Positions 42,755-52,678 are shown, counted from the stretch's first letter. The stretch is 64,000 nt of DNA from Parcubacteria group bacterium Gr01-1014_3 (GCA_007376445.1 VMGF01000001.1:21802-85801), one strand, 5' to 3'. Notes: generated from the letters alone by a model not told the origin. Numbers and translations are program-made.

Positions 42755-43294
42755 TTACGCAGGACCATTATCTTCTCCCGAACTCTTATCCTCTTCACTT
42801 TCGTCTTCTGTTTCAACTTCCCGTCGCCAGCCATCATCTCCGCTATAAATCCATTTTCCAAAATCAATCACATTCACGACGGTGTGGGATTTATCTAAGA
42901 TAACCACGCGATGTCCCAGCTTCAACTGATCGATACACATCCTAAAAACGTCCAAAGCCTCGTATAAAAGATCGGCTCGCTCAAGGCGGCACTCCTTTTC
43001 TAGCTGATTCAATTCGGCATCAACCTTTTCATCCATCGAAAAAACAAAGAAAATCCGGCGAGATCCATCTGGCAGCTGACCACAGATTAGAGTCTCGCAT
43101 CGCCAACAATACTGCACTGGAAATCCTTCTTGGTTAATTCCAATCCGGATCTGGGTATTGCAAAGATCACAGGTCAACCAGATATCGACGTATACATTGG
43201 CGTCAGGGTCGAACTCCTTCCATGACACCGTCTTGCCTCTATCTCGCAGGCTGAGTTTTCTCGCGGCGCGGCGCGCTCTGAGCCATTCTAACAT
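42755..43294 (-). CDS. hypothetical protein with CxxC...CxxC and acidic tail
   Basis: ORF, GC-rich, CDLCNTQ...CWRCETLIC. Confidence 0.5.
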   Translation of the reverse strand: MLEWLRARRAARKLSLRDRGKTVSWKEFDPDANVYVDIWLTCDLCNTQIRIGINQEGFPVQYCWRCETLICGQLPDGSRRIFFVFSMDEKVDAELNQLEKECRLERADLLYEALDVFRMCIDQLKLGHRVVILDKSHTVVNVIDFGKWIYSGDDGWRREVETEDESEEDKSSGEDNGPA

Positions 43295-43519
43295 ATGATT
43301 TCTCCTGAGGGTTTGTGAGGTTTAAAAGTACGCCAAAATAATACAAAAGAAAACGCGTTAACACAACCCCTCCTTTATTCCGCCGAGGGCTGACAAAAAG
43401 GAAGAGCGCTCGACTTACTTTCAATGATAGTGATTAAAGAAAAGAGGTGTATTGACGCGTCAGCACAGGAAATAAAAAACCCTCCGACCTAAGCCGGAGG
43501 GCAACTTAATTCTATAGCC

Positions 43520-44011
43520 CTAATGCCTTTCGAGATGCCAAGCCTTGATACATTCCCAAATCTTCCCCGTGTCTATCCACTCGCAGGCCAGCTTGAGGGT
43601 CTCCGGAGCAATCGCTTCTGCAAGTTCCTTTGGTGTCTCTAGCGGACGCGGGTGAGCACCACAACCTGTCGAGATCCACCAAACGGATTTATTATCGAAT
43701 CCAAGACCTCGAAATGGCTTCCCGAAAACATGACCGTTAAAAAAATAAACGCCGCCTAGATATCCTCGATTTCCCAATTGAATTAGCTTTTTCCCGGTTT
43801 CGGTTTTTCTGAAACCATCCACCCACTCAAAAATCCTCTTGGCATGTTCCAAGCCGTTTTTAAGACCCTCTTCCTGACGCTTGAGCTCGTCTTGTTTCGC
43901 TTTATTTCTTTTTGCTCTCTCGCTTGCCTCTTCACGATTCATTCCTGCTAACTTCTCATCGATCAGCTTCTTCATTTCATCCGGCACAAAATCATCTTTC
44001 TCGATACTCAC
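43520..44011 (-). CDS. hypothetical protein (GTG start after AGGAGG)
   Basis: charged coiled-coil N-terminus; no known domain recognised. Confidence 0.5.
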   Translation of the reverse strand: MSIEKDDFVPDEMKKLIDEKLAGMNREEASERAKRNKAKQDELKRQEEGLKNGLEHAKRIFEWVDGFRKTETGKKLIQLGNRGYLGGVYFFNGHVFGKPFRGLGFDNKSVWWISTGCGAHPRPLETPKELAEAIAPETLKLACEWIDTGKIWECIKAWHLERH

Positions 44012-44065
44012 CCTGCCTCCTTTCAATGTGCGAATATACAACACTATATCACAATACTTTGTTTT

Positions 44066-45385
44066 CTAAGAACTGATATCGTTGATGTCGTTTTGGAATT
44101 GCTGGGCGCGGATCACTACCCGTTCGCCATAACCCCAAAGATGCCGGCGCCAATTTCCGCCAGCGTAATATTTCGCCGCCGCGCAACGCTCCACGTCTAA
44201 CTTCTTACTATAAATAGCGTCACATCCCCTAGAGGCATCCTTCAAATATAAAGCCGTCGCCACGAAAGCGTCACCGTTATTCCACGGTGAAGCCGGGCTG
44301 TGTCCGGTAATATCGGCGACTTTGTCCTTGTAAAGATTCCAGGTGGACGGGATAAACTGCGCCGGTCCCATCGCGCCGCCATAAGCCCCATCTGCATTCG
44401 CGCAGGAAACGGTGATCGTATCAGGATTTATGCCCAGCGCGGCAACCAGAGCAAGAAAGGAAGGAATGTCGCGAGTCGGATGCATCGCGGTTTTGTATCC
44501 GCATTTTCCGACATTCTGGCCCAGCGCCGATTCACGATCCAGCACGGCCAGGATCATCGCCGCCCGGATGCCAGTAGCCTGTTCGGCGAACTTGGCGAAG
44601 TCATAAGCTTTTTCGAAAGTCAGCGAACCGCCGCCGAGGAGTTCGAACAAACGGCTGCGGATCTGCGCCGCGGTTTTCTTGGTCTGCTTCACAATGTCCT
44701 GATATTTCGATTCCTGGCCCTTAGTTACCGCGAGGATCGTGGCTTTTTCCTGCTTAGTGCCTTGCAGTGTTTTTTGTTGGGCGTCGTGAGCGGCCTTGAG
44801 ACGCGCGGCATCACTCCGCTTTTCCGCGAGATCCTCTTTTTCTACTATCAATCGCCCGCGAAGATTCGTAACAGTATCCACCGTCAGAGCCAAATTACCC
44901 TGGATCGAAAGACTGTTATTTACGTTATTAAAAAAATCAGAGATGCGCGGATTTTTCAAAAGTACCTCCACCAAACCGGCCCGGTCCTTTTCGTACATAT
45001 CCCTGAGCAGCCGGTAGAGCGCGGTTTTGTTGAGTTCAAGTTTATCTTCAGTAACTTTGATCTGCGATTTATTTTCGACAATCTCTTTATCCAGCCTAGC
45101 CAAGGAAAGACCGATGGCCTTTATCTGTAAATTCAGTTTGTTGATGCGCGCGTTCAACCCACTAATTTCTCCCTGTAAACTTTTCCCTTGTTTCTGATAA
45201 AGCTCGATAGTGGCTTGATCTTTCGCAATTTGCGCCTCCAATTCAGCCAGTTGTTGTTCCAAAGCCGCCCGCTCCTCCTGGCTGGTAGCGGCCAGCGAAA
45301 ATAGGCTAGGCGTGAGACCAGCTAAGAAAATAGCTATTAAAAAACCTGCCAGATACTTTGTCATCCTTATTACTATTATAACCAA
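44066..45385 (-). CDS. lytic murein transglycosylase (MltB/SLT_2-like catalytic domain) with N-terminal TM and long coiled coil
   Basis: GAMGPAQFIPSTW motif characteristic of MltB-family lytic transglycosylases. Confidence 0.7.
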   Translation of the reverse strand: MVIIVIRMTKYLAGFLIAIFLAGLTPSLFSLAATSQEERAALEQQLAELEAQIAKDQATIELYQKQGKSLQGEISGLNARINKLNLQIKAIGLSLARLDKEIVENKSQIKVTEDKLELNKTALYRLLRDMYEKDRAGLVEVLLKNPRISDFFNNVNNSLSIQGNLALTVDTVTNLRGRLIVEKEDLAEKRSDAARLKAAHDAQQKTLQGTKQEKATILAVTKGQESKYQDIVKQTKKTAAQIRSRLFELLGGGSLTFEKAYDFAKFAEQATGIRAAMILAVLDRESALGQNVGKCGYKTAMHPTRDIPSFLALVAALGINPDTITVSCANADGAYGGAMGPAQFIPSTWNLYKDKVADITGHSPASPWNNGDAFVATALYLKDASRGCDAIYSKKLDVERCAAAKYYAGGNWRRHLWGYGERVVIRAQQFQNDINDISS

Positions 45386-45412
45386 AAAGCCCCCAAATGG
45401 GGGCTTTTTGTC
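45384..45412 (-). terminator. terminator after rplY
   Basis: aaaaagcccccaaatgggggcttttt. Confidence 0.65.
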
Positions 45413-46102
45413 TTATTTAGTCTTAGAAGCAGCTTCCGGAGCCTTAGCTACATCAGTGGCGGCTTTGACTGCGTCACGCTCGGCTTTCTTCTCTTCTGTC
45501 TCTACTTTAATGTCCTCGATCTTCACCTCGGCGGCCAATTTAGCCTCTTCCTCTTCGGTCATCGGAGCGGTTACGGTGGCGACTACGGTATCATCATTTA
45601 CCAATAGTTTTACGCCGGTTGGAATATTTAAATCTTTTACATAAACGCTCTCGCCGATCTTAGTGATCTTAGAAAGATCAACTTTAATGTTTTGCGGCAT
45701 TTCGGCCGGCAAGGCTTCTACTTCAACTTCTTGCATCGGTTTCACCAAAATACCCTTTTCACCGGTCACCGCCACGGATTCACCCACGAATTCAAATGGA
45801 ACTTTAACTTTAATCTTCTCATCAAGACGAACCTGATAAAAGTCCACGGTATTGATGGCATCGCTGACCGGATCCAATTCTACGTTTGAAATCATGGCTG
45901 GGCGCTTGTCCTTTCCCAGAACCACGTTGATCATGGAACTTTCGCCGGCCTGCTTTAAAACTTTCCGGAGATCCTTAAGAGCCACGACTAAGTGGAGGTT
46001 CTCGATGCCTTTTCCATAAAGCTCAGCCGGGATCATGCCCGCCTGACGCAAAGTCTTAACGGCTTTGCCGAATTTTTCTCTTGTTTGAACTTGTAGATCC
46101 AT
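45413..46102 (-). CDS. rplY: 50S ribosomal protein L25 / general stress protein Ctc
   Basis: REKFGKAVKTLRQAGMIPAELYGKG N-terminus, beta-barrel domain and acidic/Lys-rich C-terminal extension. Confidence 0.85.
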   Translation of the reverse strand: MDLQVQTREKFGKAVKTLRQAGMIPAELYGKGIENLHLVVALKDLRKVLKQAGESSMINVVLGKDKRPAMISNVELDPVSDAINTVDFYQVRLDEKIKVKVPFEFVGESVAVTGEKGILVKPMQEVEVEALPAEMPQNIKVDLSKITKIGESVYVKDLNIPTGVKLLVNDDTVVATVTAPMTEEEEAKLAAEVKIEDIKVETEEKKAERDAVKAATDVAKAPEAASKTK

Positions 46103-46174
46103 TGCTTGTACTCCGCCAATATAGCTAATCTAGCACCAATATACGAATTAGCATATTCGCGCTTGATTCGTATA

Positions 46175-47044
46175 TTAGTGAAGTTTATTGAACAGTTTCA
46201 ACCTATTGTAGACTACTTTCTTCATCTCATCAAGTGCCGGGCCCATTAGTTTGTAAGGAGCGATCTCCTCGGGTTTTTCTTTGAGGCTCTTCTCCATTCC
46301 TTCACGCCACGCGGCGCGAAGCTCGGTGCTGATATGAATTATCCGCACACCGGCATCGATGGCCAGTAAAAAGTCGGCGTCGGTATTGCCGGAGCCGCCA
46401 TGAAGCACCAATGGCACTTTTGCGGCCATTCGGACGGCCCGAGTGCGATCAATATCTAGCGCCGGTTCCGGAGCATTAGCAAACATGCCATGAATATTCC
46501 CCACGGCCGGGGCTAAAAGATCTATGCTGGTTTCTTCCGCGAACTTTGCCGCCTCTTCGGGTGTGGTCAGATCTTCAGGTTTAATAGCGGCTCCTTTGGG
46601 AATTTCTTTTCTGATAGTAGAGCCACTGCCGATATAACCCAGCTCTCCCTCCACCACGATCTCCTCGGATCTGGATCGGACATACTCCACTACCTCTTTC
46701 GTTTGCCGGAGGTTTTCTTCCATTGGCAGCTTCCCACCGTCAAAAAGCACGGCATCATAACCCGCTTCCACCGCTTCTTTGATTTTATCCAAAGAATGCG
46801 TATGGTCAGCGTTCAAAAAGATTTCCTGATCGTGTTCTTCGCGTAAAGTTTTCACCAGCGCGGCGGCTTCACGTGTATCAATGAATTCCCTCTCGCCTTC
46901 CGAGGTGCCGATAATCACTGGAACCATCAGTTCCCGAGCCACTTCAGCGATCGCATTGAGCATTCCGAGTTCAGAAATATTAAAGTGGCCGATAGCGATA
47001 TTCTTGCGGTCAGCATCTTCTAAAACTTCTCGTAAATTCCTCAT
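46175..47044 (-). CDS. fba: class II fructose-bisphosphate aldolase
   Basis: AIGHFNI, NADHTHS, LVLHGGSG metal-binding motifs. Confidence 0.85.
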   Translation of the reverse strand: MRNLREVLEDADRKNIAIGHFNISELGMLNAIAEVARELMVPVIIGTSEGEREFIDTREAAALVKTLREEHDQEIFLNADHTHSLDKIKEAVEAGYDAVLFDGGKLPMEENLRQTKEVVEYVRSRSEEIVVEGELGYIGSGSTIRKEIPKGAAIKPEDLTTPEEAAKFAEETSIDLLAPAVGNIHGMFANAPEPALDIDRTRAVRMAAKVPLVLHGGSGNTDADFLLAIDAGVRIIHISTELRAAWREGMEKSLKEKPEEIAPYKLMGPALDEMKKVVYNRLKLFNKLH

Positions 47045-47135
47045 GATTACTATTCTAACCCTAAGAGCGACTAGCGACTAGGGCTTAGCGACTAGAATTT
47101 CCTAATGGCTAGTGGCTAATCGCTAACTAACTATT

Positions 47136-48401
47136 TTAAACTTCAAACCATCCTTTGAAAATATTCGCCTTACTCCGTTTCTCCAGCTCTTCCACGTTAA
47201 AATAATTTGAGAATATTTTATTCCAAAGCGCTTCCTGCTGATGATAGAGATATTTATTTTTATATTTACGCATCACCAATGCCATCACGGTATCCACGAT
47301 ATTAAAGCTCACCAGCACCTCCACGCCCGTATCGGTCTTAAAGAAATCGCCGACCGTGCCCAGACTTTCCCAAAAATCCAAACCATTCTTGAATTCCGGC
47401 ATTTTTCCCGGTATGCCGGTCAGCTCTATCTCTGCTTTTTTCCAATGCAATGCTTCCGGGTTCACGCGCGGCTCAAACAACCGCCAATCATTCTCGTCAT
47501 CCTTTGATAAATACCGCTGTACCACTAAAAATCTCGGCCTCCTGAACTCCTGCATCATCTCCGGCAAACGATGCTCTGTCACATCACCCCGCAAAAGTGA
47601 GATTAACTTTTTAGCGAACTCATGGCCATTGCCCATTTTTTGGATTATCCCGGAATAAAACTGCACCTCGTTTAAATAGTGAAGCAATAAGCAAACTAGG
47701 CGCAAAGTTTCTCCGGAGATACCCAAAAAGATTGGAATCACGAATATCACGCCCATCTCTTTGAGGTGGCTGACGTTGTGGTACTTCTTCGCCACGAACT
47801 TCTCGGCGGCTTTGGCCCACTTCGGGCTCAGCGCCTTTAAAACTATTTCACGTTCTTCGAAATCCTCAAGGCGCAAAGATTCGTATTGCTTGAAAAAAAC
47901 TTTATTCAACCAGTCAGCCTCTTCCAGAAAACGAAGCGCGCAAAAAATCTCCAACAGGTCCTCTTTTTGCAGCATCTCATCCACGTATTGATACCCTAGC
48001 GCTTTTAAAATATTTTTTGGCGGTTCGGCGATCAATAACTGCCTGGCTTTTTCATGCTTAAGAAAAAAGCCTTTCTGGCTAGGATGAATTTTTTTTAACA
48101 TATCCACGACTTTACCCGCGTCTTTTACGTGGTCGAAGCCTGTCATTTCAAGCGCTTTAAATAAATTAAGGTCATCCGCCTCAACTTTGCTGATCAAGGC
48201 ATCGAAAAGCTCCTGGGCTGGAACGCTGCGGCTAAGCCCTAGCGTATCGAGGCGCGCGGTCACTATCGCCTCGTTTTCTTCGGCGATCTTTTTGATGACA
48301 TTAATTTTCCCGGTGGCTCTTTCCATTTCGGCGTCAAATTCCGCGAAAACATGCTTATCCATGCGCAACATCCGCGCGATCTTGTCGTGATGAGGGGTCA
48401 T
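47136..48401 (-). CDS. conserved hypothetical protein (421 aa) embedded in sugar-phosphate operon
   Basis: long clean ORF between pfkB-family kinase and fba; no motif recognised. Confidence 0.6.
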   Translation of the reverse strand: MTPHHDKIARMLRMDKHVFAEFDAEMERATGKINVIKKIAEENEAIVTARLDTLGLSRSVPAQELFDALISKVEADDLNLFKALEMTGFDHVKDAGKVVDMLKKIHPSQKGFFLKHEKARQLLIAEPPKNILKALGYQYVDEMLQKEDLLEIFCALRFLEEADWLNKVFFKQYESLRLEDFEEREIVLKALSPKWAKAAEKFVAKKYHNVSHLKEMGVIFVIPIFLGISGETLRLVCLLLHYLNEVQFYSGIIQKMGNGHEFAKKLISLLRGDVTEHRLPEMMQEFRRPRFLVVQRYLSKDDENDWRLFEPRVNPEALHWKKAEIELTGIPGKMPEFKNGLDFWESLGTVGDFFKTDTGVEVLVSFNIVDTVMALVMRKYKNKYLYHQQEALWNKIFSNYFNVEELEKRSKANIFKGWFEV

Positions 48402-48407
48402 ATGGTG

Positions 48408-48444
48408 AGTCTAAAGTTGAAAGTCCTTAAAGTCCATAAAGTAA
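48408..48444. repeat. AAAGTCCATAAAG repeat cluster (spacer pfkB / hyp)
   Basis: tctaaagttgaaagtccttaaagtccataaagtaatt. Confidence 0.6.
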
Positions 48445-49452
48445 TTATGTTAAGCTTTCAATCTTGATTTCTAAATCTTTCCAGCGAGGATCTTTGTCGA
48501 ACTCTTCACGGGTTAAAATACCATCAGTCGCGCCGATGTGCTCGACTACCGAAGTAGAGTTAGCCGCGGCGAATCGAATCGCCTTTTTGATTAAATCAGC
48601 GTCACCGTAATTCCTGAACCTTGCCAGCATCGCCGTAAACCCGCTGCCAAAAGCGTCTCCCGCGCCGGTACGATCCACAATCTCCTTTTCCCGATAAATC
48701 CCGGAACGATAAATGCGTTTACCGTCGGAAACTATGGCGCCGTTCGGCCCATCAGTAATAGCCACGATTCCAGGCATCCGCTTATCCAATTCTTTAAAGA
48801 CTTCTTTTTCTTTTTTATAGGGCATTTTTAATAGATCGGCCGCTTCGCCGGTGTTCAAGACCAGAAACTCAATATCTTTTAACGAATCCAATATCTCATT
48901 CGGCCAATGTTTGATGTGATGACCGCTAGGGTTAAAAGCGACTTTGATTTTATTTTTTTTGGCGAATTGAATAAGCGACGGATACATCGCGTCCGACTCG
49001 CCAGCCAAAGAAATATACCACCATCGGGCTTTGAGTTTTTCGAGATCAAGGTCGCGGATCGAAAGCGTGTCTGAAGCGCCGTGATAACTCAAAATAGTCC
49101 GTTCGCCGTTTCTTAATAGCAAAGCCGAATAAGCGGTTGGCTTTTCATTGGAAATCACTGACAAGCTCGTACTCACTCCCTCCTTTTTTAACTGCTCAAG
49201 AATCTCCGCGCCGGGAAGATCATTACCAACTTTGGCCAAGCAGGCAGTTTTAAAACCATGCCGCGCGAAAGTCACGCTGGCATTAGCGGAATTGCCACCG
49301 ATCTTAAAATAAGCCTCATCCACACCCAACTTCTCGCCCAATGGCAAAACAATCGCCTTTTTAAGAGGCGCGGCGGGCCAGTTAGTAAGCGGATAGTTAG
49401 CTTTCAGGAAATTATCCCTGGTCGCGGAACCGATTGCTACGACATCGTACAT
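48445..49452 (-). CDS. PfkB-family carbohydrate kinase (ribokinase/phosphofructokinase-like)
   Basis: GGNSANASV (motif 1) and TGAGDAFGSGF (motif 2, anion hole). Confidence 0.8.
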   Translation of the reverse strand: MYDVVAIGSATRDNFLKANYPLTNWPAAPLKKAIVLPLGEKLGVDEAYFKIGGNSANASVTFARHGFKTACLAKVGNDLPGAEILEQLKKEGVSTSLSVISNEKPTAYSALLLRNGERTILSYHGASDTLSIRDLDLEKLKARWWYISLAGESDAMYPSLIQFAKKNKIKVAFNPSGHHIKHWPNEILDSLKDIEFLVLNTGEAADLLKMPYKKEKEVFKELDKRMPGIVAITDGPNGAIVSDGKRIYRSGIYREKEIVDRTGAGDAFGSGFTAMLARFRNYGDADLIKKAIRFAAANSTSVVEHIGATDGILTREEFDKDPRWKDLEIKIESLT

Positions 49453-49656
49453 AATCTTAATTTTAGCATAAAAATAAAAAGCCGCCCCGAGCAGGCGGCT
49501 AAAGATCCAAATGAGTGTAAAGTCCGTAGACCATAGCGATCGCGATACAAATTATCGAAAGGGCGCAAATGACTGCCGCGCCGATCATCAAAACGGCTTT
49601 CCATGGGAAATTTTTCACTCGTCACCTCGATGTACTAGTTAAATTTTAACCGATGC

Positions 49657-50688
49657 CTATTTTCTTTTCAATACTTTTTTCACCGCGCCAACGATATCTT
49701 TCACTCCCATTCCATACTTTTCAATAAGTTCCAGCGGAGCGCCGGATTCGCCAAAGACATTTTGAAGACCGATGAACTCCATCGGTACCGGACACTTTTT
49801 TGCTAAAAACTCCGCGACAGCTCCGCCAAGACCGCCAGAAACCTGATGCTCCTCCACCGTGACCACTGCTCCAGCTTTTTGCGCTACTTCCAAAATCGTG
49901 TGTTCATCGAGCGGTTTTACCGTGTGGCTATTTATCACCGTCACGTTTATTTTTTCTTTTTCCAGTTCTTTGGCGGCAAGCAGAGCGTTGTGAAGTAAAA
50001 GCCCGCAACCAATGATCACCACATCCGGCTTGCCAACTTGTCCTGAGCCCGCCTGCCCCGCCGTGGCGGTGGCCGAAGGATTCCACATTATCTCCGCTTT
50101 TCCAGGAGTAAACGGCGTGTCTTCCGTGGTCATCACCGGAGATTTCTCGCGCGCGAAACGGATATAAGTCGGGCCCCAGAGTTTGGCCGCGGCGATGGTG
50201 GCCTTTTTAGCTTCGATCGCGTCGCAGGGTACAAACACTTTCATATTCGCCAGCACGCGCATTGTGGCGATATCCTCTACTGCCTGATGCGTGGCCCCAT
50301 CTGGCCCCACCGAAATGCCGGCGTGATGCCCGGCGATCTTCACGTTGGAATCGTTGTAGGAAATCGTAGTTCGGATCTGCTCCCAGTTTCGGCCAGGAGA
50401 GAAGGCGGCGTAAGAAGAAATAAAAGGAATCTTTCCGGAAACTCCCAGTCCCGCCGCGATGGCCGCCATATTTTGCTCCGCCACGCCAAGCTCAAAAAAT
50501 CGTTCAGGATATTTTTTCGCGAAAGCTTCAGATCGGGTAGACTCGCTCAAATCCGCGCAAAGCACCACCACATTCGGGTCGGCCTCGCCGGCGATCAAAA
50601 GCCCATCGCCGTAACCATTACGAATAGGCTTTTGATCTACGTCCTTATCAAAAACTTTCGGATTTAGTTTTAGTTCTGGGTTTAACAT
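49657..50688 (-). CDS. tkt: transketolase, C-terminal (pyrimidine-binding) subunit
   Basis: FELGVAEQNM, GATHQAVEDIA; split-gene arrangement with N-terminal subunit upstream. Confidence 0.85.
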   Translation of the reverse strand: MLNPELKLNPKVFDKDVDQKPIRNGYGDGLLIAGEADPNVVVLCADLSESTRSEAFAKKYPERFFELGVAEQNMAAIAAGLGVSGKIPFISSYAAFSPGRNWEQIRTTISYNDSNVKIAGHHAGISVGPDGATHQAVEDIATMRVLANMKVFVPCDAIEAKKATIAAAKLWGPTYIRFAREKSPVMTTEDTPFTPGKAEIMWNPSATATAGQAGSGQVGKPDVVIIGCGLLLHNALLAAKELEKEKINVTVINSHTVKPLDEHTILEVAQKAGAVVTVEEHQVSGGLGGAVAEFLAKKCPVPMEFIGLQNVFGESGAPLELIEKYGMGVKDIVGAVKKVLKRK

Positions 50689-50691
50689 GGA

Positions 50692-50806
50692 ATAATTTTA
50701 AATTATAAATTTTAAGTTTTAATTGAATGAATCAATGAACAAATTTTTAAACATTTTATCATTTTGATTTAATTTAAAATTAAAAATTTAAAATTGAAAA
50801 TTAGCG
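50692..50806. repeat. AT-rich repeat island (spacer between split tkt genes)
   Basis: aataattttaaattataaattttaagttttaattgaatg...aaaattaaaaatttaaaattgaaaatt. Confidence 0.7.
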
Positions 50807-51682
50807 CTACTCGTGTTCTGATTTTATTTTCCCTTTTAGCGTCCTTAATTCTGCCAGCGCTTTATTGGCTTCTTCTTTATTCGGCGGTTTGCCGTGCCAG
50901 TTGTAATCATTTTCCATGAAGCTCACTCCCTTCCCCGGAATCGTGTGCGCGATGATCACAGTCGGTTTTTCATAAATCGCCTGCGCTTCAGTGATCGCGT
51001 CCACGAACTGCTCGATATTATGGCCATCAACTTCCAGCACGTGCCAGCCGAAAGATTCATATTTAGATCGGAATGGCTCAAGCGGCATGATATTTTCCGT
51101 AAAGCCATCGATCTGAATATTGTTACGATCCACCACCATCGTGAGATTGCTCAACCGATTTTTTCCGGCAAACATCGCCGCTTCCCAGGTGTTGCCGCAA
51201 TCATGCTCTCCGTCAGAAGTAAGCGCGTAAACCCGGTATTTCTTTTTATCCATTCGCGCCGCGAGCGCCATACCCACTGCTTGTGAAAGTCCGGAGCCAA
51301 GCGGGCCGGAAGTAGTTTCCATACCCGGAAGAGAAGTCCTATGCGGATGCCCCTGAAGCCGGGAATTTATTTTGCGGAGAGTTTTTAATTCGGAAATCGG
51401 AAAATATCCCGCGTGCGCCATGGTTACATACCGCACCGGGCAAATATGACCGTTGGAAAGAACTAGCCGATCTCGCTCCGGCCAATCCGGCCGTTTCGGA
51501 TCATGATTCAAAATATGAAAATAAAAAGCGGTGAAGATATCAGTCATGCCGAGCGGACCGGCTGAATGACCGGAACCGGCCTGAACCAGCGTCTCAATAA
51601 TATCCTCACGGATCTCAGTCGCCTTTTCCTCGAGGAATTTTAATTTTTTATCGTGCAGAGCGGGGAGCATTATAATTTTCAA
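50807..51682 (-). CDS. tkt: transketolase, N-terminal (TPP-binding) subunit
   Basis: GHSAGPLGMTDI, SDGEHDCGNTWEA TPP motifs. Confidence 0.85.
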   Translation of the reverse strand: MKIIMLPALHDKKLKFLEEKATEIREDIIETLVQAGSGHSAGPLGMTDIFTAFYFHILNHDPKRPDWPERDRLVLSNGHICPVRYVTMAHAGYFPISELKTLRKINSRLQGHPHRTSLPGMETTSGPLGSGLSQAVGMALAARMDKKKYRVYALTSDGEHDCGNTWEAAMFAGKNRLSNLTMVVDRNNIQIDGFTENIMPLEPFRSKYESFGWHVLEVDGHNIEQFVDAITEAQAIYEKPTVIIAHTIPGKGVSFMENDYNWHGKPPNKEEANKALAELRTLKGKIKSEHE

Positions 51683-51755
51683 TTTTTAAACTGTTTGTGA
51701 ATTGGGTCATTGTAAATTGATTGAAAATTGCAAAATTGTTAATTGGAAATTTATA
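51670..51755. repeat. AT-rich repeat island (spacer rpe / tktN)
   Basis: ttataattttcaatttttaaactg...gaaaattgcaaaattgttaattggaaatttataat. Confidence 0.6.
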
Positions 51756-52422
51756 ATCTGGAAAGTTCTTCAAACGCCGCTTTCGGGTCAGTGCTACTGA
51801 ATATGTAAGACGCCGAGATTAGTATGTCCGCCCCGGCTTCTCGAGCTAATTGGGCGGTTTCTTGGTTAATACCGCCATCTACTTCAATTATAGCATCCGG
51901 CGCGTTGACTCTAAGGAACTTAATCTTCCCCAGGATCTTTGGATCAAAGGACTGGCCAGCCCAGCCCGGCGGGACGGCCAATAATTGAAGGTATTTAAAG
52001 TCGTCTTTGTGAGCTAAAAGCCGCTCCACATCCGTACCCGGATTGATCGCAAGCATCGCTTCCACTCCATATTTTTTACATTTTTCCAGAAGATAGACAG
52101 AATCCGTCATCGCTTCCAGGTGAAAGATCACCCGCTGAATTTTTCCGGTCCTTAACCAGCTATCAATCACCGCTTCGGGACTGGAAACCATCAGGTGTAA
52201 TTCAACTTTGACCGATGACAAATGACCGATGACATTAACCAGCTCAGCAGGGCTTCCCCAAGTCGTGTTGGGTGAAAAAATCCCGTCTACTATATCCAAG
52301 TGCGCCCACCCATCCTTCGCCAAGGCTTCGGAGGGCAAGTTCGCAAATATATTTTGAACGATTTTAAACTGGCGAGCGGCCTCTTCCGCATTCTGAACAT
52401 TAATCGCGGGAATAACTTGCAT
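51751..52422 (-). CDS. rpe: ribulose-phosphate 3-epimerase
   Basis: HLDIVDGIF, VDGGIN TIM-barrel motifs. Confidence 0.9.
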   Translation of the reverse strand: MQVIPAINVQNAEEAARQFKIVQNIFANLPSEALAKDGWAHLDIVDGIFSPNTTWGSPAELVNVIGHLSSVKVELHLMVSSPEAVIDSWLRTGKIQRVIFHLEAMTDSVYLLEKCKKYGVEAMLAINPGTDVERLLAHKDDFKYLQLLAVPPGWAGQSFDPKILGKIKFLRVNAPDAIIEVDGGINQETAQLAREAGADILISASYIFSSTDPKAAFEELSRL

Positions 52423-52440
52423 GGCTTAAGTATAACAAAA

Positions 52441-52611
52441 TTACCCACGCACTAATTTTGCCTTTTCAATATTTAAATTTTTCTATCTTTAAGTCTTTTT
52501 TAAATTAAAACAGCGATACGCTGGGGATCACGGCTATTCGCCGCCCGCGTATCGCTATTTATATATCTGCAAAATTAGTGCGGGGTTATCGTTTTGTTCC
52601 TAAAATTTCGG
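52441..52611. mobile_element. MITE-like 170-bp element, copy 2 (upstream of rpe)
   Basis: same TIRs and internal palindrome as copy 1. Confidence 0.55.
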
Positions 52612-52652
52612 CTCCTTCGGCAAGCTCAGGATTGAAATTTTAGACAAAGCCG

Positions 52653-52678
52653 ATAAAAAAGACCCCTTATTGGGGTCT
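52653..52678 (-). terminator. terminator after NUDIX gene
   Basis: rc agaccccaataaggggtc + ttttttatc. Confidence 0.6.

Noticed and set aside
42555-42867. Two overlapping ORFs (97 and 96 aa) on opposite strands
   Set aside because: Both fall within the MITE-like element and its nested inverted-repeat insertion, so the open frames are likely repeat-derived.
44300-45130. 276-aa plus-strand ORF
   Set aside because: It is antisense to the lytic transglycosylase gene, which has a clear catalytic motif and signal/TM segment.
49530-49625. Possible 31-aa hydrophobic peptide (MIGAAVICALSIICIAIAMVYGLYTHLDL) just upstream of the pfkB-family kinase
   Set aside because: There is no convincing SD at proper spacing and it is too short to support. 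It could still be a genuine membrane micro-protein.
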